Part shown: positions 26,260 to 34,884 of the stretch, piece by piece
Layout of the letters: every line of letters begins with the position of its first letter
Numbering within the stretch: position 1 is the stretch's first letter
Source of the DNA: an uncultured Victivallales bacterium
Lineage (GTDB): Bacteria; Verrucomicrobiota; Lentisphaeria; Victivallales; UBA1829
Assembly: GCA_944391115.1 (NCBI GenBank)
Contig: CALXSJ010000012.1
Location: forward strand, 41,630-105,629
Direction of reading: 5' to 3'
Length of the DNA stretch: 64,000 bases
Made by a program: the position numbers and the translations under genes
The notes under the pieces: model-generated
Databases searched by the model: none
Seen by the model: only the letters and a program-made list of their open reading frames with translations
What the model was told of the DNA's origin: nothing

Positions 26260-27591
26260 TCATCCATTCTGCATCACTGCCAGTTTTTCATCCATGCATT
26301 TTCGTATCAGCTCCGGATTCGCTCCGAAGAATTCATGCTGTTCATATAAAGCAGCCAGCACTGCGATTTCTTCCTTGCTCAGGAGATCCCGTGTAAGAAA
26401 CACGGTTCCTTCCTGCGGAAAAAACCAGCGGAAATCTTCTCTTGTCATCCATGGATGATCTTCCGGGCGCATGTCTTTCCGCGGAGAAATCATTCCGGAC
26501 AGCGCCGCCAGTTTCTTCTGAGTTTCCCGGGAAAGCAGCTCCTTGAGGAAGAGCCAGAGACGTTTTTTCTCCGATATGGTTACGGTATGATTTGCAAAAG
26601 CCTGAAGAGGAACACTCCGCCAGGACAGCAGATGGCGCTTCCCGCACATTTTCGGGATGATCCGGAAAGCTTCCGGAAGCATTCCTCGCCGTCCCGCCTG
26701 AATCGATATCCAGGAGCCGATATTGAAGCTCAGGGCGCATGAGCCGTCAAGAAAGGGGGTCTGTTCATTTCGCGTCGCATGCAGATCTCCCATAATACGG
26801 AACATTCTCTTTCCGGCTTTCGTATGGAAAAAAGGTGTCCGGAAAAGCCTTTCAACGGAATTCCTCTCATTGGCCATGATGATTTCCGCAAGCGGCTGAA
26901 GGGGAAAACTCCAGAGCGTGTCCGTGAAATAATTTTTGACCGCGGGAACAATTCGTTCTCTGCGGCAGGCTGCTGCAAAAGATTTCCACCACTCCATAGA
27001 GGAGAGTTCCGTGATCCTGTTTTCAAAACCGGTTTTCTTCAGCAGCGGCAGGTTTACCGCTCCCTGAGCGGAAAGGCAGTAAAAGGGAACCAGCGTGCCT
27101 CCCCGTTCCGGAACAGCTTCGGAAAATTCCGACATGAAGTCTCCGTAATCCGGAAAACAGGAAAAATCCATCTGCGGTCCGCTGCTTTTCATCCATGGAT
27201 CGAATTCTGAAAGAATAACCTTGTGGGTGCTTGCAGAAGCGTCCAGTTCTTTTTTCAGATAGCGTTTCTTCAGGATGAAATTCAAGTTCAGCTGATGTTT
27301 TTCGGAAATTTCCGACAGGATTTTTTTCAATTCCGCAAAATCGAACAGTGTTTCCTGGAGATAAAACTCGACATCCAGCACATCTCCGCCGTTCAGAAAC
27401 GAACCGACACCGTTGACAATCCGGATTTTGCCCTCCTGCTCCAGTTTTTTGAACGAGCGTTGAGCTGTTGTGTAGGTGATTCCGAAACGGTCACAGATTT
27501 CCGCATATTTAGGCAGCTTGTCACCGGGGCGGAGCTTGTTTTCCGAGATGAGACGGTCCAGATGATTTCTGATTGTTTCCGTTACAGACAT
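26260..27591 (-). CDS. GntR-family HTH regulator with large C-terminal ligand-binding-like domain of unassigned fold
   Basis: HTH DKLPKYAEICDRFGITYTTAQRSFKKLEQEGKIRIVNGVGSFL. I moved the start to MSVTETI (complement of 27589-27591) because a consensus promoter lies inside the ORF-track N-terminal extension. Confidence 0.8.
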   Translation of the reverse strand: MSVTETIRNHLDRLISENKLRPGDKLPKYAEICDRFGITYTTAQRSFKKLEQEGKIRIVNGVGSFLNGGDVLDVEFYLQETLFDFAELKKILSEISEKHQLNLNFILKKRYLKKELDASASTHKVILSEFDPWMKSSGPQMDFSCFPDYGDFMSEFSEAVPERGGTLVPFYCLSAQGAVNLPLLKKTGFENRITELSSMEWWKSFAAACRRERIVPAVKNYFTDTLWSFPLQPLAEIIMANERNSVERLFRTPFFHTKAGKRMFRIMGDLHATRNEQTPFLDGSCALSFNIGSWISIQAGRRGMLPEAFRIIPKMCGKRHLLSWRSVPLQAFANHTVTISEKKRLWLFLKELLSRETQKKLAALSGMISPRKDMRPEDHPWMTREDFRWFFPQEGTVFLTRDLLSKEEIAVLAALYEQHEFFGANPELIRKCMDEKLAVMQNG

Positions 27592-27620
27592 TGCCGTTTT
27601 GTGCTTTCCATGAAAAGATA

Positions 27621-27636
27621 TGCTATGTATATAGCT
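27621..27636. promoter_or_regulatory. inverted repeat AGCTATATACATAGCA (candidate operator)
   Basis: The minus strand reads AGCTAT-ATAC-ATAGCA, starting 3 nt after the -10. It shares the GCTATATA...GCA core with the palindrome at 22078-22089. Confidence 0.45.
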
Positions 27637-27639
27637 TTT

Positions 27640-27668
27640 ATTATACCGTTTCATGTTTCCTTTGTCAA
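27640..27668 (-). promoter_or_regulatory. consensus sigma70 promoter of the cassette-3 regulator/operon
   Basis: The minus strand reads TTGACA (27668-27663), 17 nt, TATAAT (27645-27640). An A/T-rich inverted repeat lies upstream (27672-27700). Confidence 0.6.
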
Positions 27669-27952
27669 GTTCAAGAAAGAAAAAAGTTTTATTTTTCTTC
27701 GTAACACAGATATCTTCCGAGGATTAGGAAAACTTGCCTGCCAGGGGCAGGGCAATTCTCCCCGCCGCAGTCCGAGTGCGGAATATCGATGCATGATTCC
27801 GGGATATGGGAGAGACTGCTTGCATTTGAGAGGAGTTTGTTTTTCCGGTTGATATTTCCGGAATCCGTGATATGGTAGCGGGAAGGGGAAGGGGACCTGC
27901 GCGTTTTCCGCGGATGCCGTCCCGGCAATCATAACGCAAAGGAGGTGTTCCG

Positions 27953-28501
27953 ATGAAACAAATCGTTCCGTTCTGTCTGCTGCTTCTGCTCGGCGCCTGC
28001 GCGGGATCCGGCACGCAGGACATTCCATCCGTCAGCGGACTGGATGTGCCGCGCTATATGGGGAAATGGTATGAAATCGCGCGTCTGCCGCATACGTTTG
28101 AAAAGGATCTGGATTTTGTCACGGCGGAGTATACCCTCCGTGACGACGGGCGGATCCGCGTGGTCAACCAGGGGATGCGGAACGGCGCGCAGAGCCGGGC
28201 GGAAGGCATTGCCAAATTGAAGAATCCCGATGCCCGTCCTGTGACAGGAGATCTGCGCGTCTCCTTCTTCCGGCCGTTTTACGGAGATTACAGAATCATC
28301 GAACTGGGAAACGACTACAGTTACGCCGTCGTGACTTCCTCTGCGAAGGATTATCTCTGGATTCTCTCCCGTTCGCCGCAGCTGCCTGAAAAACTGCTGT
28401 CCGGACTGACTGCCCGTCTGAAAACCCTCGGATTTGACACGGAAAAGCTTGAATATCCGAAACAGGAGGTGCCGCCATGTTCCGGCGCGAAGTCGTTGTA
28501 A
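27953..28501 (+). CDS. blc: bacterial lipocalin (outer-membrane lipoprotein Blc)
   Basis: Lipobox LLLLLGAC, and YMGKWYEIARLPHTFEKD...YRIIELGNDYSYAVV...LWILSR. AAAGGAGG SD at 27939-27946. Confidence 0.85.
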   Translation: MKQIVPFCLLLLLGACAGSGTQDIPSVSGLDVPRYMGKWYEIARLPHTFEKDLDFVTAEYTLRDDGRIRVVNQGMRNGAQSRAEGIAKLKNPDARPVTGDLRVSFFRPFYGDYRIIELGNDYSYAVVTSSAKDYLWILSRSPQLPEKLLSGLTARLKTLGFDTEKLEYPKQEVPPCSGAKSL

Positions 28502-28983
28502 ACGATCTGATGCAGAAAAATTACGTCTATTTCCTGACGGAGAAGCCGGGAGAAAATTTTCACGCGGGATTCCAGCCGGAACTGACGCCGAAGGAGATGC
28601 TGGCGCTCGGCGTTTTCGGCGGAAAATACATGACCGACTGCACCGGAGAGTTTCCCTCCGACTGGTTCGATCATGCGAAACTCTGTCATGAACGCCATGA
28701 TCCGGACCTGAATTTCTTCCATGTGGAGGCTTCGCTTCCGCTGGCGGTCTGGCGCGCCAGAGGGTGGATCCGGGAGGAGGATCCGCGTGGCTGGTTTCAG
28801 TGGTACTGCCGCTACTACATGGGAAGACGCTCTTCCGATGACGAGCGGCAGATCAGGCGGTGGCGCGCCATGATCCGGCATGTGGCGCAGATTCACTGGA
28901 ACTGCCGGTACGGAGACGTTTCCTGCCGCCGCAGACAGCGTCAGGCTCTTCTGAACTGGGCATACGACAGCCGCCGCATGTGA
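28477..28983 (+). CDS. conserved-looking hypothetical protein (Trp/Arg/Cys-rich, 168 aa)
   Basis: AGGAGG SD at 28464-28469, 7 nt before the ATG. It overlaps the blc 3' end by 25 nt. Motifs are FQPELTPKEMLALGVFGGKYM and GWFQWYCRYYMGRR. I cannot assign a family. Confidence 0.65.
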   Translation: MFRREVVVNDLMQKNYVYFLTEKPGENFHAGFQPELTPKEMLALGVFGGKYMTDCTGEFPSDWFDHAKLCHERHDPDLNFFHVEASLPLAVWRARGWIREEDPRGWFQWYCRYYMGRRSSDDERQIRRWRAMIRHVAQIHWNCRYGDVSCRRRQRQALLNWAYDSRRM

Positions 28984-28993
28984 CGGAGCCGTG

Positions 28994-31153
28994 TTACAGC
29001 GCAATGTCCTTGTGATCGTGCTGCGCCATGGCGTTCTCTTCGATCATCTGAAGCAGAATGGCGCCGGTTGTCCGGATCCGGTAGCCGGAGATGAAATAGT
29101 TCCTCCCCGCAATCTGCTGTTCAAACTGCGCCATGTTGTTTGCGGAAATGATTCCGGCCAGTTTCCGGATTTCCTCCGCCGCAGGCATGCCGTCTGCCGC
29201 GGCTTCTCCGAGCAGATGGAGTTTCCCGTTCCGGATTGTCACGACGCACCCTTCATGATCGAGGAGATAGAGTTCATGAATGGGATCGGCGTTGTTTGCC
29301 TGAATGAGCGGCGCAAGCAGACGCTCCAGACGCAGTTCCAGTCCCGCCACTCCGAGAAATTTTCCATCCCGTCCGTACATCGGATAGCGGCAGGTGATGC
29401 GCAGGTTTCCCTGAGGGGTCTGATACGGTGCGGACCAGATGATCTTTCTGTATTCCCCGGGTTCTGCGAAGGTGTTCCAGCAGCGTTTGAACGCATCCGA
29501 TTCCGGATTGTCATAGGTTCCGGGATAGCTGTAGCGGACGCCGCTGGCCCAGCGGACGAAAAGACGCTGGATCATGGAGGCGGGATCGAGGATTTTGCCT
29601 CCTGAAAAACCGGTTTCATTGATGCGGGTGCTGTTCAGATCGTAATTGACGACTTTGCTGCAGATCTGCACAAATTGTTTCGCGTCCGGCAGGTGCTGGA
29701 GAGTTTTTGACGGTGCATCCGGCAGGAAACGGGTCATATAGGCCAGATTTACGGGGTTGGGATACAGCGGGGAACGCTGCATTCCCGGAGGAGAGGTTTC
29801 CGCTTTCCCGTAATCCTTGTTGTCGTAGAATTCCGAATCTGGGTAGGGGGTGGCGGCGGTGGCGCACTCCTGGACGTCCTCGATCAGGTTGTCCGCGAAG
29901 ATCAGAAGCTGCGCCTGAATCTGGAGGATGTTTCTGCCGACGGCGGTGGCGAGAATGTCCGTGTAGCCCTGCAGGCGAAGCCGGCGCATCGTGTTGACGG
30001 CGCGCAGTTCGTTGTCCCGGTTTGCGCGGTAGTAGGAGTAGAAGAGTTCCCCGCAGAGCAGTGCGAAAAGCAGTCCCGTGATGAGGATCGATTTGATCCG
30101 GTTGCGGTAGATCAGGCGGAAAAACTTCTGGAATAAATTGTCCGGAGCGGCGGAAACTTCTTCGTCGTAAATGAAGTGCCGGACGTCGGCGGCGAGCGCC
30201 GCGACGCTCGGATAGCGTCCGGTCGGATCGGGATTTACCGCTTTCAGAATGACCGCCTTGATTCTCGGGGCGATTCTGAGGGAGGGCAGATAGTGGCGGT
30301 AACTCTGTTCGTCATGGACGTCGCTGGAGGTTGCGCTGTCCTCCTGCGCGGCGGAACAGCGGCTGTCCCCGCGGCGCAGCGTCGTCATCTCGAAAAGCAG
30401 CACGCCGAGGGAATAGACATCCACGAGCGGCGTCACGACTTTGTTCTCCAGAAATTCCGGCGGCAGATAGTTCGGAGTTCCGCTCAGGCTTTCCGGAACG
30501 GTTCCGAAGGTCCGCGCACAGCCCCAGTCCATCAGATAGACCTCGCCGAAATTTCCCATGAGGATGTTTTCCGGCTTGATGTCCCCGTGCACGACTTTCA
30601 GGCTGTGGCAGTACTCCACCACGGCGCAGATTTTGAGAAAATATTCCAGACGCGAAATCAGTGCGTGACGCTCCTGCGCGGCATTCACTTTCTTCTTGTC
30701 GTAAGTGGCGCGGACGGTGCTGATGAAGCGTTTCAGTGAAGACCCGCTGATGAATTTCATCGCCACCTGCCAGTGGCCGTCCGCATCTTTGCCGAGATCG
30801 TAGACCGGCACGATGGATGGATGGTCGAGTTTTGCGTTCAGGCGGCATTCCTCGACAAAGGAGCGGATTGCCTCGGCATTGTCGCGGAAGGTTTCATTCA
30901 GGCACTTGACCGCGACAACCCGGTCGAAGACCAGGTCCCGGGCCTTGCCCACCTTTCCGACTCCGCCCGCGCCGAAATCGCAGATGAACTGGTAGCGTCC
31001 GGAGAATTCCGGAGTCTTTGCTGATTCGGGAGTTTCCGCTGCAATGGGATTTTCCCGGTTCCGGTGAAGCGCGCCGGCGAGAACGACCGTTGCATCGATT
31101 TCCCGCGTCGTATTTCCCCGGGAGACCGGAGGTGGCGCATTGTTTTCTTTCAT
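28994..31153 (-). CDS. Ser/Thr protein kinase with single TM helix and extracytoplasmic Cache-like sensor domain
   Basis: Kinase motifs VAVKCL, VHGDIKPENILM, MDWGCA and GTPNYLPPE. TM helix SILITGLLFALLCGELFYSYY. The C-terminal ~330 aa include WSAPYQ...GKFLGVAGLELRL, as in Cache domains. Confidence 0.85.
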   Translation of the reverse strand: MKENNAPPPVSRGNTTREIDATVVLAGALHRNRENPIAAETPESAKTPEFSGRYQFICDFGAGGVGKVGKARDLVFDRVVAVKCLNETFRDNAEAIRSFVEECRLNAKLDHPSIVPVYDLGKDADGHWQVAMKFISGSSLKRFISTVRATYDKKKVNAAQERHALISRLEYFLKICAVVEYCHSLKVVHGDIKPENILMGNFGEVYLMDWGCARTFGTVPESLSGTPNYLPPEFLENKVVTPLVDVYSLGVLLFEMTTLRRGDSRCSAAQEDSATSSDVHDEQSYRHYLPSLRIAPRIKAVILKAVNPDPTGRYPSVAALAADVRHFIYDEEVSAAPDNLFQKFFRLIYRNRIKSILITGLLFALLCGELFYSYYRANRDNELRAVNTMRRLRLQGYTDILATAVGRNILQIQAQLLIFADNLIEDVQECATAATPYPDSEFYDNKDYGKAETSPPGMQRSPLYPNPVNLAYMTRFLPDAPSKTLQHLPDAKQFVQICSKVVNYDLNSTRINETGFSGGKILDPASMIQRLFVRWASGVRYSYPGTYDNPESDAFKRCWNTFAEPGEYRKIIWSAPYQTPQGNLRITCRYPMYGRDGKFLGVAGLELRLERLLAPLIQANNADPIHELYLLDHEGCVVTIRNGKLHLLGEAAADGMPAAEEIRKLAGIISANNMAQFEQQIAGRNYFISGYRIRTTGAILLQMIEENAMAQHDHKDIAL

Positions 31154-31240
31154 TTTCCGGATCCGTTTCCTTGTTTTCAGGTGTTTTAATTAAATATGCC
31201 GGAATCTGCATGTTTTCAAGAGGAGCGGGCGGAAACTTTT

Positions 31241-31293
31241 GAAAAAAAGAAAAAATGAATTCCGCGGAAGGATCGTTCCTGCTCCGCGGAATC
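31241..31293 (-). terminator. intrinsic terminator after leuD
   Basis: On the minus strand: 10-bp stem attccgcgga/tccgcggaat, then a T-rich run (tcattttttcttttttt). It starts 9 nt after the leuD stop. Confidence 0.65.
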
Positions 31294-31301
31294 GCCCGGT
31301 G

Positions 31302-31826
31302 TCAGTATTTTTTGTCGGCGTAATCCACCCAGCCGCCGGCCTTGACGAGTTCCAGATCGAATGCGCCGATGTGGAACGGATAGACCTTTTCCGTTTTCCC
31401 GTTGGAGATGGTGAAGGTGAATTTTTCCATATCCGTCGAGCAGACGGCGTCGGTTCCCGCGAAGGTCCTGAACATGTCGTCGATGACGGCTGCGTCCATC
31501 TGGACGGCCATCAGGCCGCAGTTGAACATGTTCTGGCGGAAGATGCGCGCGAAGTTCTCGGCGATCACCAGATTGATGTCGTTGCACTCCAGCACCCAGG
31601 GGGCGTGCTCGCGCGAGGAGCCGCATCCGAAGTTGGCGCGCGTGATGATGACGCTTTTCCCCTCAATGTCCTTTTTCGGATCGAATCCGGGAATCGAGAG
31701 ATCCTCCAGACAGTAGGGCTTGAGCGCCGCCTTGGTCAGCTCCGTCAGATATTTTGCGGGAATGATTTCGTCGGTGTTGATGTCCGAACGGTCGAGAAAC
31801 AGAATTTTTCCGCTGAAGTTTTTCAT
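31302..31826 (-). CDS. leuD: 3-isopropylmalate dehydratase small subunit (short, type-2 form)
   Basis: 174 aa. DINTDEIIPAKYL...ITRANFGCGSSREHAPW. Confidence 0.85.
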   Translation of the reverse strand: MKNFSGKILFLDRSDINTDEIIPAKYLTELTKAALKPYCLEDLSIPGFDPKKDIEGKSVIITRANFGCGSSREHAPWVLECNDINLVIAENFARIFRQNMFNCGLMAVQMDAAVIDDMFRTFAGTDAVCSTDMEKFTFTISNGKTEKVYPFHIGAFDLELVKAGGWVDYADKKY

Positions 31827-31843
31827 GATTCCGTAGTCCTTTC

Positions 31844-33130
31844 TCAGCCTTTGAAGAGCGGTGAATTCGTGATGACGCCGGCGATCGCGGTCGCGGCGGC
31901 CGTGGCGGGGCTCATCAGGTGAACCATGCCGCCCTTGCCCATGCGTCCGTTGAAGTTGCGGTTGGTCGTGGACGCGCAGGATTCCCCTTTGGCGAGCACG
32001 CCGTTGCTCATGCCGAGACAGGCGCCGCAGGTCGGGTTCGTCACGCAGAATCCGGCTTCCATGAAGATTTTGATGAGCCCTTCGTCCAGCGCCTGCGCAT
32101 AGATTTTCGGTGTCGCGGGCGAGACGATCGCACGCACATTCGGGCTGATCTTCTTCCCTTTCAGAATGCCTGCCGCGATGCGGAGATCCTCAATGCGCCC
32201 GTTCGTGCAGGAGCCGATGTAGATCTGGTTGACCGGAGTGCCTTCCATTTCCCGGACCGTCCTGACCTGGTCCGGCTTGTAGTTGAACGTGACCATCGGT
32301 TCGAGCGCGGAAGCGTCGAACGTGATGTCGCGGACGTATTCGGCATCGGCGTCGGGAAGCCATCTGGAATATTCCCGGAGCGCGTCCTCCTTCGTCCGGA
32401 ACTCGTCCTTGATGAAGGGCCAGAGATATTCGACCGTGGTCATGTCCGGATAGCAGATGCCGCAGGTCGCGCCCGCCTCGATCGCCATGTTGCAGAGCGT
32501 CATGCGCGCCTCCATGGACATGTCGGAGATGACGGGGCCCGCAAATTCGATGACCTTGTCGGTCGCGCCGTTCACCGTGAGCATTTTGATGAGCGCCAGG
32601 ATCAGGTCCTTGGCGTAGACGCCGTCGCGCAGTTTTCCCGTCACCGTGATGCGGATCGTGTCGGGGGAGCGCATCGTGCAGACGCCCTTCAGAATGCCGA
32701 CTTCGAGGTCCGTGGACCCGACGCCTGCGGCGAATGCGCAGAACGCGCCGTGCGTGCAGGTGTGGGAGTCGCCCATGATGACCGTGAAGCCGGGACGGAC
32801 AAATCCCTTTTCCGGAAAGATCGCATGGCAGACGCCGTTTGCGCCGATGTCGAAGAAGTCCTTGATCCCATGGCGCTTTGCCCAGTCGCGGAGCGTTTTC
32901 CCCTGTTCCGCCGTCTTGGAGTCTTTTGCGGGCGTCACATGGTCGATCACCGCTTTGATCTTCGAGGCGTCGAAGACGCGGTCCTTGCCTTTTGCGACAA
33001 GATCGTTGATCGCGATCGGCGTGGTTATTTCATGACAAAACACCCGGTCGAGAGAGAGAACGGATACACCTTCGGCGGGAGTGTCGATCAGATGTGCCGC
33101 GAAAATTTTCTGCGCAGTTGTTTTTCCCAT
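31844..33130 (-). CDS. leuC: 3-isopropylmalate dehydratase large subunit (aconitase family, type-2 form)
   Basis: Start at MGKTTAQKIF (complement of 33128-33130, AGGAG SD). DRVFCHEITTP, MGDSHTCTHGA, GSCTNGRIEDL and NPTCGACLG are the Fe-S cluster cysteines. Confidence 0.9.
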   Translation of the reverse strand: MGKTTAQKIFAAHLIDTPAEGVSVLSLDRVFCHEITTPIAINDLVAKGKDRVFDASKIKAVIDHVTPAKDSKTAEQGKTLRDWAKRHGIKDFFDIGANGVCHAIFPEKGFVRPGFTVIMGDSHTCTHGAFCAFAAGVGSTDLEVGILKGVCTMRSPDTIRITVTGKLRDGVYAKDLILALIKMLTVNGATDKVIEFAGPVISDMSMEARMTLCNMAIEAGATCGICYPDMTTVEYLWPFIKDEFRTKEDALREYSRWLPDADAEYVRDITFDASALEPMVTFNYKPDQVRTVREMEGTPVNQIYIGSCTNGRIEDLRIAAGILKGKKISPNVRAIVSPATPKIYAQALDEGLIKIFMEAGFCVTNPTCGACLGMSNGVLAKGESCASTTNRNFNGRMGKGGMVHLMSPATAAATAIAGVITNSPLFKG

Positions 33131-33486
33131 AAGTTGCAACTCCTGTTTGTGTTGAAAGAACAATAACTTTATAATATATCCTGTTTCCCCGGGGAAAACA
33201 AGTTGCCAACGCCTTTCCAGTCGTTTAAAATAATAAATCCCCTCTGCATCTTTTCCCGTCTGTTTCAGGTGTTTCCGGAGATGCGGGACATCGGCGCCGG
33301 ATATTATATTGAAATCTCCTGACCGGCGCTTTCCGGAGAACGCTCCATGGCGGTGTTTTTTCCCTTTTCTCAATGCGGAAAATTTGAAATCGGGAATGCC
33401 CATGCTACTTTACGGCAGATTGTCTGGATATTCTCCCGCCGGAGTGTGCGGGGGATCGAAGAAACGAAAACGCCGGGAGCGGGAGC

Positions 33487-34863
33487 ATGCAAAGACTGAC
33501 GTGGACTGCAAAAATTTCATACGGCGCGGGAGCCTTCGGGAAGGATCTCGTTTACGCGATTGTCGCCACCTTTTTCATGTTCTATCTGACCGACATCTGC
33601 AAAGTCAGCCCGGTTTTCGTCGGGAATCTGTTTCTTGCCGCGCGCCTCTTCGATGCGGTCAACGATCCGGTCATGGGGCTTGTGGTGGACAACACCCGGA
33701 CCCGCTGGGGCAGGTTCCGCCCGTGGATCCTGCTGGGAACGATCCTGAACGCGATCGTGCTTGTCTTTCTGTTCCTGAACCCCGGATTGAGCGGTTCCCG
33801 GCAGCTCACGTATATCGCCGTCACCTACTTCCTGTGGGGCGTGACCTACACCCTGATGGACATCCCCTACTGGTCCATGATTCCCGCCCTGACCGACGAT
33901 GAAAAGGAGCGCGACACAATTTCCGTGATTCCCCGGATTTTCGCCAGCGTCGCGTGGATGCTGGTCGGATATTTCGGCCTGCCTCTGGTGAAAACGTTCG
34001 GGGGAGGGGACCAGGCCGCGGGATTCGCCCGTCTGAGCGGCGTCATTGCCGGAGTCTTCTGCCTCTGCTCCCTGATTACCTTTCTTCTTGTGAAAGACCG
34101 CGCTCCCGCTGTTCCCGGCGGCAGGCCGAAGTATTCCACTTCGGTCAAGGAGATGATCCGGATTCTGGCGCGCAACGACCAGGTGATCGTGGTATTGATT
34201 CTTTCGCTCCTCTTCAATCTCTCCTTTCAGCTCTCCAACGGGTTCGCCGTCTTCTACTTCAAATACGCCGTCGGAATTCCCGAAATGGTTTCCGTCTATC
34301 TGCTGGCGGCCGGGATCGCGCAGCTCGGCGGACTGTTCGGCTATCCGTTTTTTGCCGCGCGGACCGGCAGAAAAACCGTGTTTGCCGCTTCCGCGCTCTT
34401 TCCCGTCGCCGGCTTCGCCGTTCTGCTGCTCGGCGTTTTTCCGTCCGGCGCCGCTCTCCTGTGGACTGTGGTATTCCTGACGGGCGGAATCATCAACTTC
34501 GGCATCGGGCTTTCCCTCGGAATCCTGACCGTCATGCTGGCCGATGTTGTGGATTACGGCGAGTTCAAACTCGGGACGAGGAACGAGAGCATTCTGTTTT
34601 CGACCCAGACTTTTGTCGTGAAACTTGCCGGCGCGCTGAGCGGATTCCTGACCGGAGCGGGACTTTCTCTCGTCGGGTTTGTCGCCGATGCGGTTCAGAC
34701 TCCGGCGGCCGCGGCGGGAATCCGCTGGATCATGGGCGGGATTCCCATCGTCTTTTCGCTGGCCTACCTGGCGGTCTACTGGAAGTTCTATCGGCTCGAC
34801 GGCGCATATCTTCAGACCGTCAGGCAGGCCTGCCGCGACCGGAAGGAAGCCGGGGAATCCTGA
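33487..34863 (+). CDS. GPH-family glycoside-pentoside-hexuronide:cation symporter (MelB/YicJ-like)
   Basis: 458 aa, 12 predicted TM segments. GPH signature DAVNDPVMGLVVDNTRTRWGRFRPWIL. Confidence 0.85.
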   Translation: MQRLTWTAKISYGAGAFGKDLVYAIVATFFMFYLTDICKVSPVFVGNLFLAARLFDAVNDPVMGLVVDNTRTRWGRFRPWILLGTILNAIVLVFLFLNPGLSGSRQLTYIAVTYFLWGVTYTLMDIPYWSMIPALTDDEKERDTISVIPRIFASVAWMLVGYFGLPLVKTFGGGDQAAGFARLSGVIAGVFCLCSLITFLLVKDRAPAVPGGRPKYSTSVKEMIRILARNDQVIVVLILSLLFNLSFQLSNGFAVFYFKYAVGIPEMVSVYLLAAGIAQLGGLFGYPFFAARTGRKTVFAASALFPVAGFAVLLLGVFPSGAALLWTVVFLTGGIINFGIGLSLGILTVMLADVVDYGEFKLGTRNESILFSTQTFVVKLAGALSGFLTGAGLSLVGFVADAVQTPAAAAGIRWIMGGIPIVFSLAYLAVYWKFYRLDGAYLQTVRQACRDRKEAGES

Positions 34864-34884
34864 CTGCGCCGAACCGCAGCCTTT

